Assembly: GCF_024521635.1 (NCBI RefSeq)
Contig: NW_026250419.1
Location: 186,001-250,000 of the forward strand
Reading direction: 5' to 3'
DNA length: 64,000 nt
Source of the DNA: Tricharina praecox
Lineage: Eukaryota
Part shown: in pieces, positions 13,533 through 27,590 of the stretch
Layout of the letters: each line of letters begins with the position of its first letter
Numbering within the stretch: the stretch's first letter is position 1
Program-made: the position numbers and the translations under genes
Notes under the pieces: generated by a model
Told to the model about the DNA's origin: nothing
What the model saw: the letters and a program-made list of their open reading frames with translations, nothing else
Databases searched by the model: none

Positions 13533-15223
13533 CACGCACAGCCGCTTGTGCTACTTTCCTTCCTTCTTTCCTTCCTGTTCCCCCCGATTGTCACTATCAC
13601 TAGTTTTTCGGTGGGAGGTTGCGATTGAGAATGCAGTGACGAGGGGCCTGAAAGTTTGATGCGCATGGCGTAGAGTAGCTAACCTTGCTTGTAGGCGGGG
13701 TTAGCTGGGCCTGAAGCTGCTAGCGTGTTCCGCGGGAGAACGCGATCGATCTGCAAGTGCCAAGCACGTGTGCGAGATGAGGGAGAGCTCGACGGCTGCT
13801 AATTACTAGTGCTATGTAGTAGAGCACTCCAGATACTGGTAGGTTTACCTACCTCACACTTACCATTGGTTTTTGAGATATCACATCGTTCCTTCCCCGC
13901 CAACCATACAACACTCATCCCTCACGCTTCATGACTTCATCGTCTCGGCTCCCGGTGAAACGCCCTTCAATCCAGCCGACCCCACTTATGCCATTGCGGC
14001 TCAATCCTCGCTCCACCAATCCGACAGAATAGGTGTCCGAACAACGCTACCAGATCGTCATCGTGGCTACATACGCATGTCCGACAGGTGCACGATTACG
14101 TGGAGGTTGGATTTGCGTTCGAGGACTCGAGGGAGACGGGTTTGCACGACCAGAAGAGTGGAGTGCTAGTCTTGGGCCGATTGTTTGGGGCGGCGAATAG
14201 CTGGTTGACACATGCGTGGACGGCGCCGACTTCCAGGGCCCAACGGAGGCGTTGGACCACGGCGAAGAACGACGGTGGAAGTGTGTAGCTGGAGATGGGT
14301 ATGTACAGTACATACTATATCTGCGTGGATCGCGGAACGGTCGCAACATGACGCCGGTGGACCAGACGCCAGGCCTAATCCCCGCTGTTAACTATGGCCA
14401 CCCCGCATGCTCGCGCGTGTGGCCTGTCTGCAGCTGCGATGCAGCCACTCCCAGCGGACGCTTCAGCTAGGCATACCGACGTACGTGGGTACCGGTAGAA
14501 GCCGTAGGTTTCCCGAGGTCCAAAACACTCTGGATGTTCATTGCGTCCAGTGGGAGAGCCAGTAGTCATGTGCGCGGGTTGGTGTGGCGCGAGTCGCGAC
14601 CGGAAACACTCCCCATTTTGTTTTTGAAGCTGTCGTATTTGTAGGTGGAGGGGCGGAGGGCAAGAAGGAGTGTCGGAGTGTCGACCGAGAGCTTGCGAGC
14701 ATGTGCACACGACCGTCGACCGTGAGATGCCCTCCATGCATCACCACGAATTATACTCGTGTACCTGGGTGCAATAATAGTTACATGCGCGCATATGCAT
14801 TCGTTGTTTGGCGCCTCCTTCGATTGGCGGCTGCCATTGCTTCCTAACTTTGGTTGTTGTTTATTACTTACTTTCACGGACAACAGCTGCGTGGGCCGTG
14901 TTGTTGTTGTTGTTGGGGTGGCGGCGGTGGTGGTGGTGGTGATTGGCCCATCAACCTCGGTTCGGCTGTTGGTAGTTAGAGAGAGAGGGCGATCAAGGGA
15001 TGTGGACAGGCCTGCTCTGGTCAACTCCTACTCTGCGAACGAAACAAGCTCCCCGTCTCCATCACGAGCAACCAACAACATCAAGAACCCGAACCCCCCG
15101 AGCCTGCCAGCCCCATAGTACACCTAAACGTTCCCAGAAAATATATCCATCCCCCCCACCCTCCCGTCAAGCACATCCAACCTATCCCTCACATCCCACC
15201 CATCCCCCCGCGCATTATCTCCA

Positions 15224-16646
15224 ATGCTCAGGGTCATCCCTCACCCACCGAGAACCATGTTCAACGGCAACAACAACATGCAGAATGGCTACAGCCAACC
15301 TCAAAATGTTGCCGCGCCGTACGGACGCCAGGCGCAGCAGCCCGAGCAAACACGCCTGCCGCCACAAGCCATCTCGCACATATACAAGAGCTGCACGAAC
15401 CTGTTCCTGACGCGCCGGCTGCCCGAAGCTCTCGCCGCGCTGCAGCCTGTCGTGAATGACCCCTCGGCCTCGATCCGGCAATGTCCCCGCGCCCTCCGGA
15501 TCAAGTTCTGGGGACTTTACCTCGCGATCCTCGACGCCGCCGCGAAGATGACCGTATCCGAAGGTAAAGCCACCTGGGGCGCGAAGGAGTGGCCGGAGCT
15601 CGTCGCAAAGATCAGGAGCGGCGCGGTGTGGGACGAGGTTAACCGCCAGTATGGCGACGAGGGAAGGGTCGACGCCGATGTCGTTGTCACGCTGTAAGTT
15701 TACCTGTCGCGGGGGGATATCTGTGTGTGCGCGCGCGCGTTTGTCTGACAGTTAAAAGGGCAACTTTACTTCTTTCGCACTCGCCCGAGCAATCTATAAC
15801 CCAAAAGAAGATCGAGGCGTATCTCGGCGCTGTGCCCAGCGCGCTCTCGCAGGACGAGGACCCTAAATCCATGATGCAGCGTTCTAAAATCACGGAACTT
15901 TACTGCTTGCACGTTTTGCCACGGGTGGGCGATTGGGATTATGCGAAGGAATTTACCCAGATGAGCACGGACATTGACGATGAACAGAGGGAGGTCTGTA
16001 CCCCCATCCCCTCCCCCCGCGCAAGCCTTGATTATGTGTGATGGGCATGGGTGCTGACGGCGCGACTTAGGTGTTCTTTATGCATCTGGACAAATTGAAG
16101 GCGGACATGGAGACGAGAGAACGCGAAACACGCGAGCTAGAGAAGCTGCGCGACCAAGAAATCGAGGAAGAGGAGGAAAGGCTCGAGCATGAACATAGAC
16201 AGAGGAAGTCGCACTCTCGGGCAGCGTCGGTTTCGAGTAGGACATCACGGCGACGAGGGAGCTCCGTCAAGCCTGCGGAGCGCTCGGTGGCTAGGGATGA
16301 GACTGCGGCTGCAGCGGAGGCGGCAGTGAAGAAGAGACTGGCCATTGCAGCGAAGGAATCCAAGAAGGCCGCCGCCACCGCCGCCGTCGTACCACGAGCA
16401 ACAGGCAGAACGAAACCGAACACATCCCTCATCACGTCGACGACGGCACTCCTGAGCAGGATGCAGGCTTATATGACGACCAACAGCGGACCCTTCTCGA
16501 TGCTGCAGACCATAGTCATGCTGGCGGTAATCGCATGGATGACCAACAATAAGAGGATGCGTGACAAGATCCGCCGATTCTTACTTCTGTGCTGGATCAA
16601 GATCGCAAAAACCGTAGGGATGGGAATGAAGGTGACATACGTGTAG
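15224..16646 (+). CDS. PEX26: Fungal peroxin Pex26-like tail-anchored membrane protein (alternative start at 15257)
   Basis: IYKSCTNLFLTRRLPEAL N-terminal block, ELYCLHVLPRVGDWDYAKEF, a charged coiled region, a C-terminal TM segment and a KTVGMGMKVTYV tail resemble filamentous-fungal Pex26; 2 introns. Confidence 0.75.
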
Positions 16647-17184
16647 AGGGGCTGTCCGAGGTGGGGAAAGGGTGAGGCGGAAGTGGTGAAGTGGTGAGGT
16701 GGTGAGGTTCATTTCTGCGGGCTACTGGCTGTAAATTATTCGCTTTATTTCTTGCTGTGCTGGTTATTCTGCATTTTTGCGAAGCGCAGGTTGTTTTTTT
16801 ACTTTTCAATGGATGTCGAAGGAGTGGCGTTTGCTTATTATCATCAGCTGTACAAGTAGATATAGATACCACCGGTTCTAGTCTCCGAAAATATACATAA
16901 TAATCTCCTTCTATGTCTTCTCCATATCCTTTTCTCTTCCTCCTCATCGTAGCATCTTGGACTTGGAGTAACTAAATCCTGGTACGCGGCTCCCATCTAT
17001 GTCCGCCTGAAACAACCGTGACTCGGTTAGGCGTCTATCGCGGCTACGTTACCTGATTCGTGCGCACGTCGCACCGCTCTTGGGGGGGCTTTACGACACA
17101 CAACGCAACAAGCTTCCATACTACCAAGGTGCAACGAGCCGAGTATCGCTACCTCTCTCTTCTTGCACCCGCCTCGAATTAAAC

Positions 17185-18826
17185 ATGAGTCGTCCGAACA
17201 ACAACAATGCTGGTGAGCCATACATACCCCACATCTTACCGAGCCCCTATCTCAGTGAGCGGAGCGAATGTAACTGACACCGTGCCCCACGCGTCGCCGC
17301 CAACAGCTACCGCGCGATCAGACGATGCTGTTCTCAAGCTCTTCAATGACAAGGAGCTCTCCGGGAACGTCGTGAAGCTCAAGTCCGCGGCGTCGTCGTC
17401 CGGCGTGGCGCGTAAGGGCGCCAATAACAAGAAGTCGGCGAACTGGAAAGAGCGCGCGCGACAATTAGAAAATCAAGGTTCGCCCTTTACAACTATCCCC
17501 TTCCCTACATATCTGTTCGATCCGCTGACATCGCTGGTCTACAACAGATGATAAATCCTCGCCGACCAAGTCCCCAGGACCGGTCGTTACCCAGCTGGAC
17601 GAAAAAGATATCTCGACATTCGCCACGGGAAGACCGCTCCACGACGAGCCCGTCACTTTGGTCTGCAAGTACTGCAAGAAGGGCATCATTAAGACCGTTG
17701 CTGCTGAGCATGTGCGTGCGTGCTTGAAGGCGAAGGCCGAGAGGACTAAGGAGCGAAAGAAGAAGCAGAAGGAAGAGGCTGCGGCTGCGGCCGCTGCTGC
17801 TGCTGCGGCCGCTGGGAAGGGCAAGGATGATGCTACGGGTGCTGCAATGCCGGCGGCGAATGGAGAGGGCGAGGATGGTCCGGGTGGTGCGGCGGGTGCA
17901 GCCGGTGTGGCTGGTGTGGGTAGTGTGGGCGGTGTGGGCGGTGCCGGCAGTGTGCGTGCTGGATCTGTTGCCGGATCTGTGACAGGTGCTGGGCCTGTAG
18001 TAGAGGCGAAGAAGAAAAAGGGCCCGGGTGCGAAGAAGATGGCGAAGAAAGACAGCGAGGGGGGCGCGAAGGGGAAGAAGCGCAAAGCCGACGAGGCGAA
18101 ACTCCCCAAGGAGCCCAAGACCAAGAAGAAGAAGGAGAAGCCTACGAAGCCGGAGCCCAAGATCAAGGCACCCGTCGATGTCGAGAAGCAGTGTGGTGTT
18201 CCACTACCCAATGGCGCGCTTTGCGCTCGGTCCTTGACCTGCAAATCGCATTCGATGGGAGCCAAGCGATCGGTTATCGGGCGATCCCAGCCATACGATG
18301 TCCTATTAGCGGCATATCAGAAGAAGAATCAGGCCAAACAACAGAGTACGTTGTTTATTTTCCATTTCTTGCGCTGCAGTTTTCTGACACATGCATCTAC
18401 AGAAGCCGCAATCAATGCAGGCGCGGCTCCTCCCGAGGAGCTCGAGGCCAACGCCATGCCCGTCGACTCGGACGAAGAGACCGAGCTCGTCATGGCGGCA
18501 ATTTCGAAGCGTGTGCCGCAGCCTTTCGATCGTCACATCGTGGTTCCGGTGCGGAAGAAGTCACAGTACATTCGGATGCGTGAACTCATGGCAAGTGCAC
18601 TTCGACCCGGTAGCCAGCCGCTATTCAATAGCGATGCTGGTGGAGGTCCGAACGGCATATTGGGCGGTATGGCTCCTAGGATGCCCACTTTACGTTATCA
18701 GAGCACGTACTGATGCTGCATGTCGATGCAGGTGTGTTGGGCGGTCCGAAACCTGCTTCGTCAAAGCCCTTTCAACCGCCTCCTCCACCTGCCCAGCGGA
18801 AATCCTCCCTGAATATTTCTGGATAG
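17185..18826 (+). CDS. SGF73: SAGA DUB-module subunit Sgf73 / ataxin-7 homolog
   Basis: N-terminal zinc finger VCKYCKK...HVRAC and SCA7 domain PVDVEKQCGVPLPNGALCARSLTCKSHSMGAKRSV. There are 4 introns; the last exon and stop are inferred. Confidence 0.9.
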
Positions 18827-19191
18827 AGGGTCCATCCACTGGCGTTGATATTTGAGGGGCTTGAGGGATTGTTTGCATTTGGGTATTGCAGTGCAGAGGT
18901 TTACTATGGTGTTTGGTGTTTGGGCGCTATATGGTTGTTAATAGCTATTTTGGTATCGCTTTTTGGCTTGCATCGGTGTTTGTAGACGATCTGGTCTATA
19001 TCTAAGAGTTTTCTTCCTGTTTGTATGATACGGTACCGTATATAGTAGTCTCCTCTTCTCTTTGGGCAATTATACAAGATTCAGCATGAGCATGAATATC
19101 GGTGCCGTGTCTGCAGATTAAAACTTAAAAGAAACAACAACTCCAAAACTCCGTATGATATTGAAACGCCCAATCCCCAATACGCGTCAAA

Positions 19192-19518
19192 TCAATGGCC
19201 GTCCGTCTCCTCCAAAGCTTGTGCTTCCCTCCTAAGATCCTTGATCACATTCTACTCGAAACATTAGCCTCGACGCGTTCGAGCTGGATGGAGTGGAGAG
19301 AAACCGACAGCCAAAGCTTCAGGGTTCACGCCGTTTTCGATCAACGAGACACACAGCGAAAGCGTGGTCCTGTCCAGTCCGGTGTGCTACGTTCGTTAGC
19401 TGCGTGGCTTGGGTGAGGTAGTGGGATGAGGGAGTACCAGGAGCGTGGAGATTTCGTTCAGGACATCGACGACGTCTTTTGCGGCGCGTTGGCGGGAAGT
19501 TCCTGCTGGGGGTGGCAT
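19192..19518 (-). CDS. MZT1: Mitotic-spindle organizing protein 1 (MOZART1), 72 aa, 3 exons; not in the ORF track
   Basis: Exons 19518-19438, 19386-19309 and 19251-19192 give [72 protein letters not shown]. Confidence 0.92.
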
Positions 19519-19711
19519 TGTGCTTGCTTGGAGTGTGCGTCTGGAGTTTGATGTTTGTTTGTGTGTGTAGACCAGAGCTTGTGAGTTGAGGGAGTCGGAA
19601 CGTGCCGCTGACAGGGCTGGTCAGTGGTCATGCATGTGGAGCTTAAGTCGAGACGACACGTTTTCCCAACCGTGCGATCGTAGTTAGCCCTTCAATGCTG
19701 CGCCGGCAACA

Positions 19712-21398
19712 ATGGAGAGACTTCACCCATCGCTGATGGAAACCGCCATTGCGGCTGCCGCTTTTAAGCTTTTACTTCTCCCCGCCTAGTAGGCCTCCTC
19801 CTCCAGTGTGTCTCTTGCTACGCGCACAACTGACCCGCCCGCTCCATCCAGCAAGTCCACCGATTTTGAGGTTCACCGAAACTGGCTCGCCATCACGCAC
19901 TCGCTCCCCGTAAAGCAATGGTACTACGAAAAGACGTCGGAATGGACGCTCGACTACCCTCCGTTCTTTGCCGGCTTCGAGTGGCTTCTCAGTCAGGTCG
20001 CGAAGCACTTCGATCCTGAGATGCTCAAGGTTGAGAACCTGGGCTACGCGAGCGAGCAAACCGTGTTGTTCCAGCGACTCTCCGTGATCATTACCGAGCT
20101 CATGCTTGTATTTGCTCTGCATAAGTCTGTGACCCGAGGAGTGGGGCGTGGAAGGGACGGCTGGCTGATGTGCGCAGACTTGTGGCTTATGCTCCTGAGG
20201 GCTCGAAACGTGCCGCCCATGCTGTCGCGCTGTCGCTGTTACTCTCTCCTGGTTTGCTGTTGATCGACCACATACACTTCCAATACAACGGATTCATGTA
20301 TGGGGTCCTTCTACTGTCCATCCTCCTCGCACGGTCTCCGTCAACTCGACTGGCCTCTGGCCTTCTGTTCGCAACGTTGTTGTGCTTCAAGCACATCTAC
20401 CTCTATCTCGCACCCGCATACTTCGTCTACCTTCTCCGCGCATATTGTCTCGGGTCCAACTTCGATCTACGAAGACTAAACCCCGACATCCGTTTTGCGA
20501 ACTGCATCAAGCTTGGTGTCGGCATCGTAGCGATCTTTGGTGCAGCCCTGGGGCCATTCGCGTATTGGGGACAACTGGCCCAGTTGGCTTCACGGCTGTT
20601 TCCATTCTCGCGCGGGCTATGCCATGCGTACTGGGCGCCAAATGTATGGGCCATGTATTCGTTCGTCGATCGGGTTCTGATCTATGTTGCGCCGAGACTG
20701 GGGCTCAGCGTTGATACCAGCGCGTTGAACAGTGTCACCCGCGGACTTGTGGGCGATACGGCGTTTGCGGTACTGCCGGAGATCACACCGCGGATGACGT
20801 TCATCCTCACGTTGTTCTTCCAGATATTGCCGTTGGTGAAGCTATTTGCCGTCCCGACGTTCGATAACTTTGTGGGTGCGGTGACACTCTGTGGGTATGC
20901 TTCTTTCCTGTTTGGATGGCATGTTCATGAGAAGGCGATTTTGCTCGTTATTTTCCCGTTCAGGTGGGTCCCCTGTGTCCTGGAGGGTCATGACAATTTC
21001 TAACCCACCACAGTCTCCTCGCCCTCAAAGACCGCCGTTACTTCGGCGCCTTCCGGCCCCTCGCCGTCGCCGGTCACGTCTCGCTCTTCCCCCTCCTCTT
21101 CACCGCTCCTGAGTTTCCAATCAAGACTGTCTACACCATCGCGTGGCTGGTGGTCTTCCTCACCACCTTCGACAGGCTGGTACCCATGTCACCATCCGGT
21201 CGCCAATGGCTACTCGATAGACCGTCGACGTTGTTCATCATCGTCTCGATACCGCTCATTGCATACACAAGTCTGATACACGGCGTGGTGTTTGGTGATC
21301 GTTACGAGTTCTTGCCACTCATGTTCACGAGCAGTTATTCAGCGGTTGGAGTTGTCGCTAGCTGGGTCGGCTTTAGTTGGCTGTATTTTACCTCTTAG
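19712..21398 (+). CDS. ALG8: Dolichyl-P-Glc:Glc1Man9GlcNAc2-PP-Dol alpha-1,3-glucosyltransferase
   Basis: [56 protein letters not shown] and [10 protein letters not shown] motifs; 3 introns. Confidence 0.95.
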
Positions 21399-21879
21399 GG
21401 CGGAGAGGCTGTGCGTTGTAGAAGTAGAGCCAGTTTTTGATTTCCAGATCTTCACGAGTGATACATTGTGAATTGATATCAAATGCACCACTGCAAGACT
21501 AGCCGACGACATCGCTCTAGATGCCAATGCTCATTATTCGCTGTACTCTTGCTAATAGGGTTCGAGCCTTCACTTTTGAATCATTCCTCCTTCGGGCCCT
21601 AGTTCCACATCTTCAATTTCCCACGGTCAGGCTGCAATGTTTCAATGGTGGTCGACGCGTTCACAGTCCGCCTGCCAAGCCCGCGGCCATGCCATGCCGC
21701 TTTCGGTACCTTCCGCCCCCAGACCGTTGAGGCCACAGTTATTGTCACGCCTCTAAACACTCGTAACAACAGTCGTCATTCCTTTTTTTTTTAACTTCTA
21801 ACTTACATACACCCCGCACACACCTGCACACACGCAACATTTCCTATATTCGAACTTTACCTTACCTAAACTCAAAAAA

Positions 21880-23176
21880 ATGCGTTGGAGCTGGAACGTC
21901 TTCACGGCGATCCTGTGTCTGGCCCAGACTGCAGTCGCAAAGCCAGATGCTAAGGACGGGATCAAGAGTGTTCCGCTGAGAACACACAGCTTAGCTCCGG
22001 TGCGTACCACTTGTTTTTCTGCTTCTGGGAGAGAGAAAGGAGAGAAGAGAGGGAACTGATTTGTATTCCGTGACAGCCATACCTCGATCAGGACTTGCAG
22101 AGCCGGTGGTTCGATTGGGGTGGTGATACTGTTATTCGCGCCGACCAGTACGAACTCTCGCCCCTGACCCCCACGCCGCTGAAGAAGCTTACTGACGACG
22201 AGTGACAGGTACGTTCGCCTCACGTCGGACCGACAGCATCAGGCTGGGTATCTCTGGTCGCGACTACCATTGACCGCGACGAACTGGGAGGTACGTCCTT
22301 CACCCCCCTTCCCCCCACCGCACCGCACCCCACCCGCCACCATGCAGGGGGCTGACGAGGAGGCATAGATCGAGTGGGAATTCAAAGTACACGGCACCGG
22401 CAACCTCTACGGCGATGGCATGGCCCTGTGGATAACGAAGCAGCGCGCGCTGCCCGGGCCTGTTTTCGGTAGCATCGACAACTTCGAGGGCCTGGGTATC
22501 TTCCTCGACACCTACAAGAATAACCGGCCGGGCGTTGTGTTCCCCTACATCTCTGCTATGCTCGGAGACGGGCAGACGAGCTACGATCATGCGCATGACG
22601 GGAAGGAGAATGAGCTGGCGGGTTGCTCGGTATGTTGCCCTGCGTGGTAGGGAGAGAGGGGGGAGGGGGGAGCTAAGCTAATGATCGTGAAGGCAAGGGG
22701 AATTAGGGGAGCAAATATTCCCACTCGCGCGAAGCTCACGTACTTCCAAGAGAACTACCTCCAGCTTGACTTGCAGTACAAGAATGTCGACCAGTGGGTC
22801 CAGTGCTTCAATGCTCCAAATGTCACCCTTCCGCAGGTCGCATACTTGGGATTCAGCGCGCACTGCGGAGAGCTTAGCGGTACCTCACTTTCCCCCCCTG
22901 CTGCTCCTCCTCCCATACTGATTCCCCGCAGACAACCACGACATCATCAGCATCACAGCCAACAACCTTTACTCTGCGAACCCCAACCGCCCGGGCCCCG
23001 GTCGTTCCGACAAGCCGCGGAAGAGCACGAAGACTCCGAAGGGATACAAGGAGCCTACCGAGGGTGGAAGCTGGATGTGGTTCTTCCTGAAGTGTCTGAT
23101 CTTCATTACTGTGGTCGCCGGTGCCTATGTCGGTTGGGTCGCGTACAGAACTCAGAGGCGGAGCTCGCGGTTCTAA
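21880..23176 (+). CDS. L-type (legume-like) lectin cargo receptor, VIP36/LMAN2/Emp47 family
   Basis: Signal peptide, RTHSLAPPYLD, YVRLTSD, YGDGMALW, GLGIFLDTYKN, YLGFSAHCGELSDNHDIIS, a TM helix and a short RTQRRSSRF tail. Confidence 0.9.
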
Positions 23177-23612
23177 GGGAAGGTGATGGGAGAGATTTTC
23201 ATTTGTGAATTTGTGAATTTCGGGTACATAGCGGAGGGAGATGCGTCGGTGAGCTATGGCGCTGGTAACTAAGGGGATGCTGGATGCTCGGTGTTTTCCT
23301 GCGGTATTCGCCTGCTTTGCTTTGATTTCCTTGGCTTGGGATCGTACTTTTCTCACTGCTTTTCTTCTGGCTGTTTGTTGGTGTCCATTGCGTCCTTGAT
23401 TCCTGTCTCTAAAGCGAATTTTACAGTCTGGAAAAACCTGTTGCAAATCGAGTGAGATTCCATCAATACAAGTACATACATCATTCGCAATGCGGTATCA
23501 GCCAACCACTGCATTTCGAAGAAGCAAACCAAAACATCAACTCAAAAGCAGGGGGAAAAGGGATCTCTATATAACAAGAAGGTAAAGGTAAGTACACAAA
23601 GCTTTTGTTGAT

Positions 23613-24805
23613 TCAATGATGATGGTGATGTCCAATCTGCGTGGCCAACGGCACAACCATTCCAAAAACCGCCGCGATAACGTCTTTGACGGTGCCCTTC
23701 TGTCCGTTCTCCTGCAGCTGTGCGGCTTGGGCTTGCATCGTGTGCATCGCCACATACCTATGGCCGTTAGTAGCGGATCGATACTGAAGGGGGGAGGAGG
23801 AGAGTGAAACTCACAAGAAAGTCCCACCACTGAACAGCAGCAGCACACCGGTCCAGAACTGCATCCCCTCGCCGCCGCCACCCAACAATCCCAGGACCAA
23901 CCACGTAAACAGCGCGCCGACCGGTGCCGCCATCGAAAACACGAGCAGATGCGTCCTAACCTGGCGCTTTCCCAGCCCACCGCCCCTCAGCAGCACGGCG
24001 GTCAACCCAAACGCCGCCGGTGCCTTGTGCAGCATGATAGCGATGAAGATGATCGCGCCAAGCGCGAGATTGCTGCTCGCCGAGGACGCGCCCAGTGCAA
24101 TCCCGTCGGCCGCCGCGTGGATGACGAGGCCCAACGTCATGCTGTTGGGCCTGGTCGTAGCTGTGCTGCTGCCGCCGCCGCCGGGCGGCGAGGGTGACAT
24201 CGACCCGCCCAGGTTGTCGATGGCGATGTAGGGCGGCTCGTCCGCGCCGTGCCTGTGGCTCGGGAGACTGTCGATTAGGTACATCAGGATGAACCCCGTG
24301 ATCAGGCTCAGCCCGATCCACTTGTGCGGGTTGCCGGCTTCCTCCGCTGCCTCTTCCTCCTCTGTGTGGCCGTCGTGCGAATGCGAATGTGTGTGCGTGT
24401 GCTCGTGCGTGTGCGGCGGCATCTCCACCGTCGCGGGTAATCCACCGTCGCCGGTTTGCTCCTCCCGCGCCCAGATGTCCGGGCCCCCGCCGAGATCCCA
24501 CGAACGGGCTTGGACTCCAGCGGCGGGAGGGTTCATGGCTACCGCTACGCTCCGCGATGCACTATAGATCGTTTCAATGCCCTCCGGGATGATGACGATC
24601 ATGCTGGTTCCTACGAGGACGCCCATGCCGACTGTTGAGATCATTCGGAGCTGCGACTGGGACAGCGTTACGGCGAGAGGAAGCATGCCTGCCGCAAAAG
24701 AGCTGCGGGACGTCAGCCGCCGGAGAAACAGAGGGAGAAAGAGGTGCCGTACGCAATCGCCATCAAGGCGCAGTAGAGCAGAAGGGTGGGAAGACCTTCT
24801 GGCAT
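23613..24805 (-). CDS. ATX2: ZIP-family (ZIP9/Atx2-like) divalent metal transporter
   Basis: GMGVLVGTSMIVIIPEG, a His-rich loop HTHEHTHTHSHSH, TLGLVIHAAADGIALG, MLHKAPAAFGL and FSGGTFLYVAMH; 2 introns. Confidence 0.9.
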
Positions 24806-25715
24806 TTCGGCTATGGTTTTTGTTTCGTGTGTGCGTGCCTGTGTGGTGGTGGGGTGTTGCGGGAGTCGGTGGAGGAAGTGGTCGCTGGGAGGAGCAGCAG
24901 CGGGGGGATATCTATTTCACCACCCGCGACGAAGCATATGATGGATTGGGTTCGGATTGCTGGTTGTCAAGATGGGTGCCCGCAGAGGTTCAAGAGCTTA
25001 TGGAGCTAGGTATTACATACAGAGGGAGGTGGGATTGGGGACTATGGTAGCGTCGCCAAGAGCGACCCTGGCATCCCGCATCCCGCATTCTGGATGGACG
25101 GTTCGATGGCAGCTCGATCGTCATGGGTGAAACGAGAGAGCTGTATCTACGGAGAGTTTAACCCCAAGGTACATACAGCTCTTCCCTACGAAAGAATTAG
25201 GTTGGCCAGGTCCATTTTATTTTTTCGCTGGAGGATGTAGGCGAAGGCGGGGTTGGAACTCTGATTAGAAATTCGGACTGGATGCTTTCTGCGTGTATGT
25301 ACAATGGAAGGAGCTGGTGATGGCGATAGTATCATGCTTGAGTCTGATGTTTCTTTCGGCTATGGATATCGTACTGACCGGACGGAAACCCTCAACTTGG
25401 ATGAAAGGCGACTTCACCGAGGTGCTAGGATACGGAAATCGTAGTTCAACAGAGATCCCACCGATGGCTTACGTACAGAAGTCTGCTTGCCATTCTAAAG
25501 AAGCAAATCCGAGTGGGATTCGCGAACCAGTTTAGTAAATCCGAATGCTCACTTGTGAGTCAGTTGGGCGCCTTATGTATCACTAGCGCCGATTTAGTGA
25601 TCCATCGCGTCAAACACCAACCAAGCAACGCGACACTCCCCAGCGCGAATCGCCATACAACCACCCTCACCACTACCACCAACCGCTCTCCCCACTGCCC
25701 AAGCCAGTACTCGCC

Positions 25716-27094
25716 ATGGCGACCACTCTCGACGCCGAAGACTGGTCTACCGATGCGAACGACGCACTCTCCCTCACCTTGATCTCTCCGATCACCGGCA
25801 AACCCACTACTTCCGAGTTCGCACCGCTGTTCACGTACAGTCTCTACGGCGAGACGCAAGCGATCTATGGCTACAAGGACCTGAAGATGCGGATACTCCT
25901 CGCCGCAGACGACATGACGCCCTGCGTTGACGTGACCTGGGCGGAAGTTGTGGAGCCTATTGGGGGGGTTAAGGCTGAGGATGTGTTGATGCCGCTGAAG
26001 GAGTGTATGCCTGCGTGTGAGTTTTCTCGGGTGAAACGGGAGGCAGGGAGGAGGGGAGGAGGGGGGGATTGGGAGGCTAATGGAGAGCGTGAACAGATGC
26101 GTTTGAGCGCAACATCGAAGAGTTCACCGACCACATCAAGGCGGCTCGCGAGAGCAAAGTGTTCACACCACCGGGAAGGCTCCACAGCACCTACACGAGT
26201 TCCGGCCGAACCTTCGAAGCATGGCGCTCTTCGATCGACGATGTCGACTGCCAGAGTGTACTGGAGAACTTGCAGTTCCTGGTACAACTCTACATCGAGG
26301 GCGGCCAGGCTATCGATCTCGACGACGAGGAATGGAGCAACAAGCGCTGGGATGTGTTTTTCCTGTACGAGCGGAACCAGAAGGACAATATGTACTTGTT
26401 TGTGGGGTACTGTACTCTCTATAGGTACTATTACTTCCATAGCCTTGTCTCGGGCCAGGTGCGCGTCAGGCTATCGCAGTTCATCATCCTACCGCCGTAT
26501 CAGCGTGAGGGCCACGGATCGAATTTCTACGATGCGATTATGCGACACTACCTCAACTCCTCCGAGGTCCGCGAGATCACGGTCGAAGACCCTAGCGAGG
26601 AATTCGGTGACCTGAGGGATCTCCAGGACATGACCAGGCTCAACAGAGACAAAGAATTCCGCTCGGTTAAACTGGTCGATGTTGCGACGAGGAAGTTCCC
26701 GTTGAAGGCGGTCCGAGAGAGAGCCAAGATGCCCGAGCGACAGTTCCTTAGGTGTCTGGAGATGCAGCTGCTGCGCGGCCTCAACAGGAAGGAGAAGAGG
26801 GCCCACAAGATGTTCCGTCTCATCGTCAAAGGACGCATTTACAGACAGCAGGTCGATGTTTTGGCGCAGCTGGCAAGGCTCGACAGGATCGACAAGTTGG
26901 ACGAGACGTTTCATCACGTCGAGGACGACTACTTGCGCCTGCTGGAGAGCTTGAAGCACAAGAAACCCACCGAAGAAGAGGATGATGTTAAAGGGAAGAG
27001 GATGGAGCCGTCGTCCCCGGAACAGAGGCCTTCGAAGAGAGCTAGGGTTGTTGCCATTCGCGACGGTGGGGATGACGAAGAAGATAAGCTTTGA
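25716..27094 (+). CDS. HAT1: Histone acetyltransferase type B catalytic subunit
   Basis: WSTDANDAL, PLFTYSLYGETQAIYGYKDL, RLSQFIILPPYQREGHG and EITVEDPSEEFGDLRD; one intron. Confidence 0.95.
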
Positions 27095-27590
27095 TTGCTT
27101 TGCACGTCGTTTCCTTTCCTTCACCTTTTCCATACTTCCTTAGCAACTTTTTCTCCTGGTTAATTGGGTTTACTGTTCTTTCCTTATGAATCACTACGCC
27201 TGTTCGGATCAGAAGAGGTTCTTCTGTCCATCCATCCATTTATCTGTCTCTCGATGTGTACTTTAGCCACTCCCAAGATCACTCGATTCAGACGTGTCGT
27301 CATCAAGGGTCTAGCTATCGGCTATGCTGTGCAGCTGTAGAGCAATATGGGATCGCGGATCACCTCCCTTCCCTGCAGCATCGGATTTCACCAATGATCG
27401 AGCACTGATAAACACGACTACATTAGAGAGATAACGAAGAATCATTACTCCATGTTTATGAGTCCAGGAAACAAGTGGACAAAGAGATATCATTAATCAT
27501 GACACAAAAATCAAAGACAGAAAGACACCATGCCAATTGCACCCCAACTCCGGTTTCCCAATGAATGATCTAGTTAGTAAACTATGATGA

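Noticed and set aside
13873..14470. Protein-like fragments (HDFIVSAPGETPFNPADP, VHDYVEVGF, DGADFQGPTEALD) between the PARN-like gene and PEX26
   Set aside because: The fragments lie in different frames, with no consistent start or splice model and no recognised family.
25293..25535. 80-codon ORF in the ATX2/HAT1 divergent intergenic region
   Set aside because: Non-ATG start in the track, short, and no recognisable motif.
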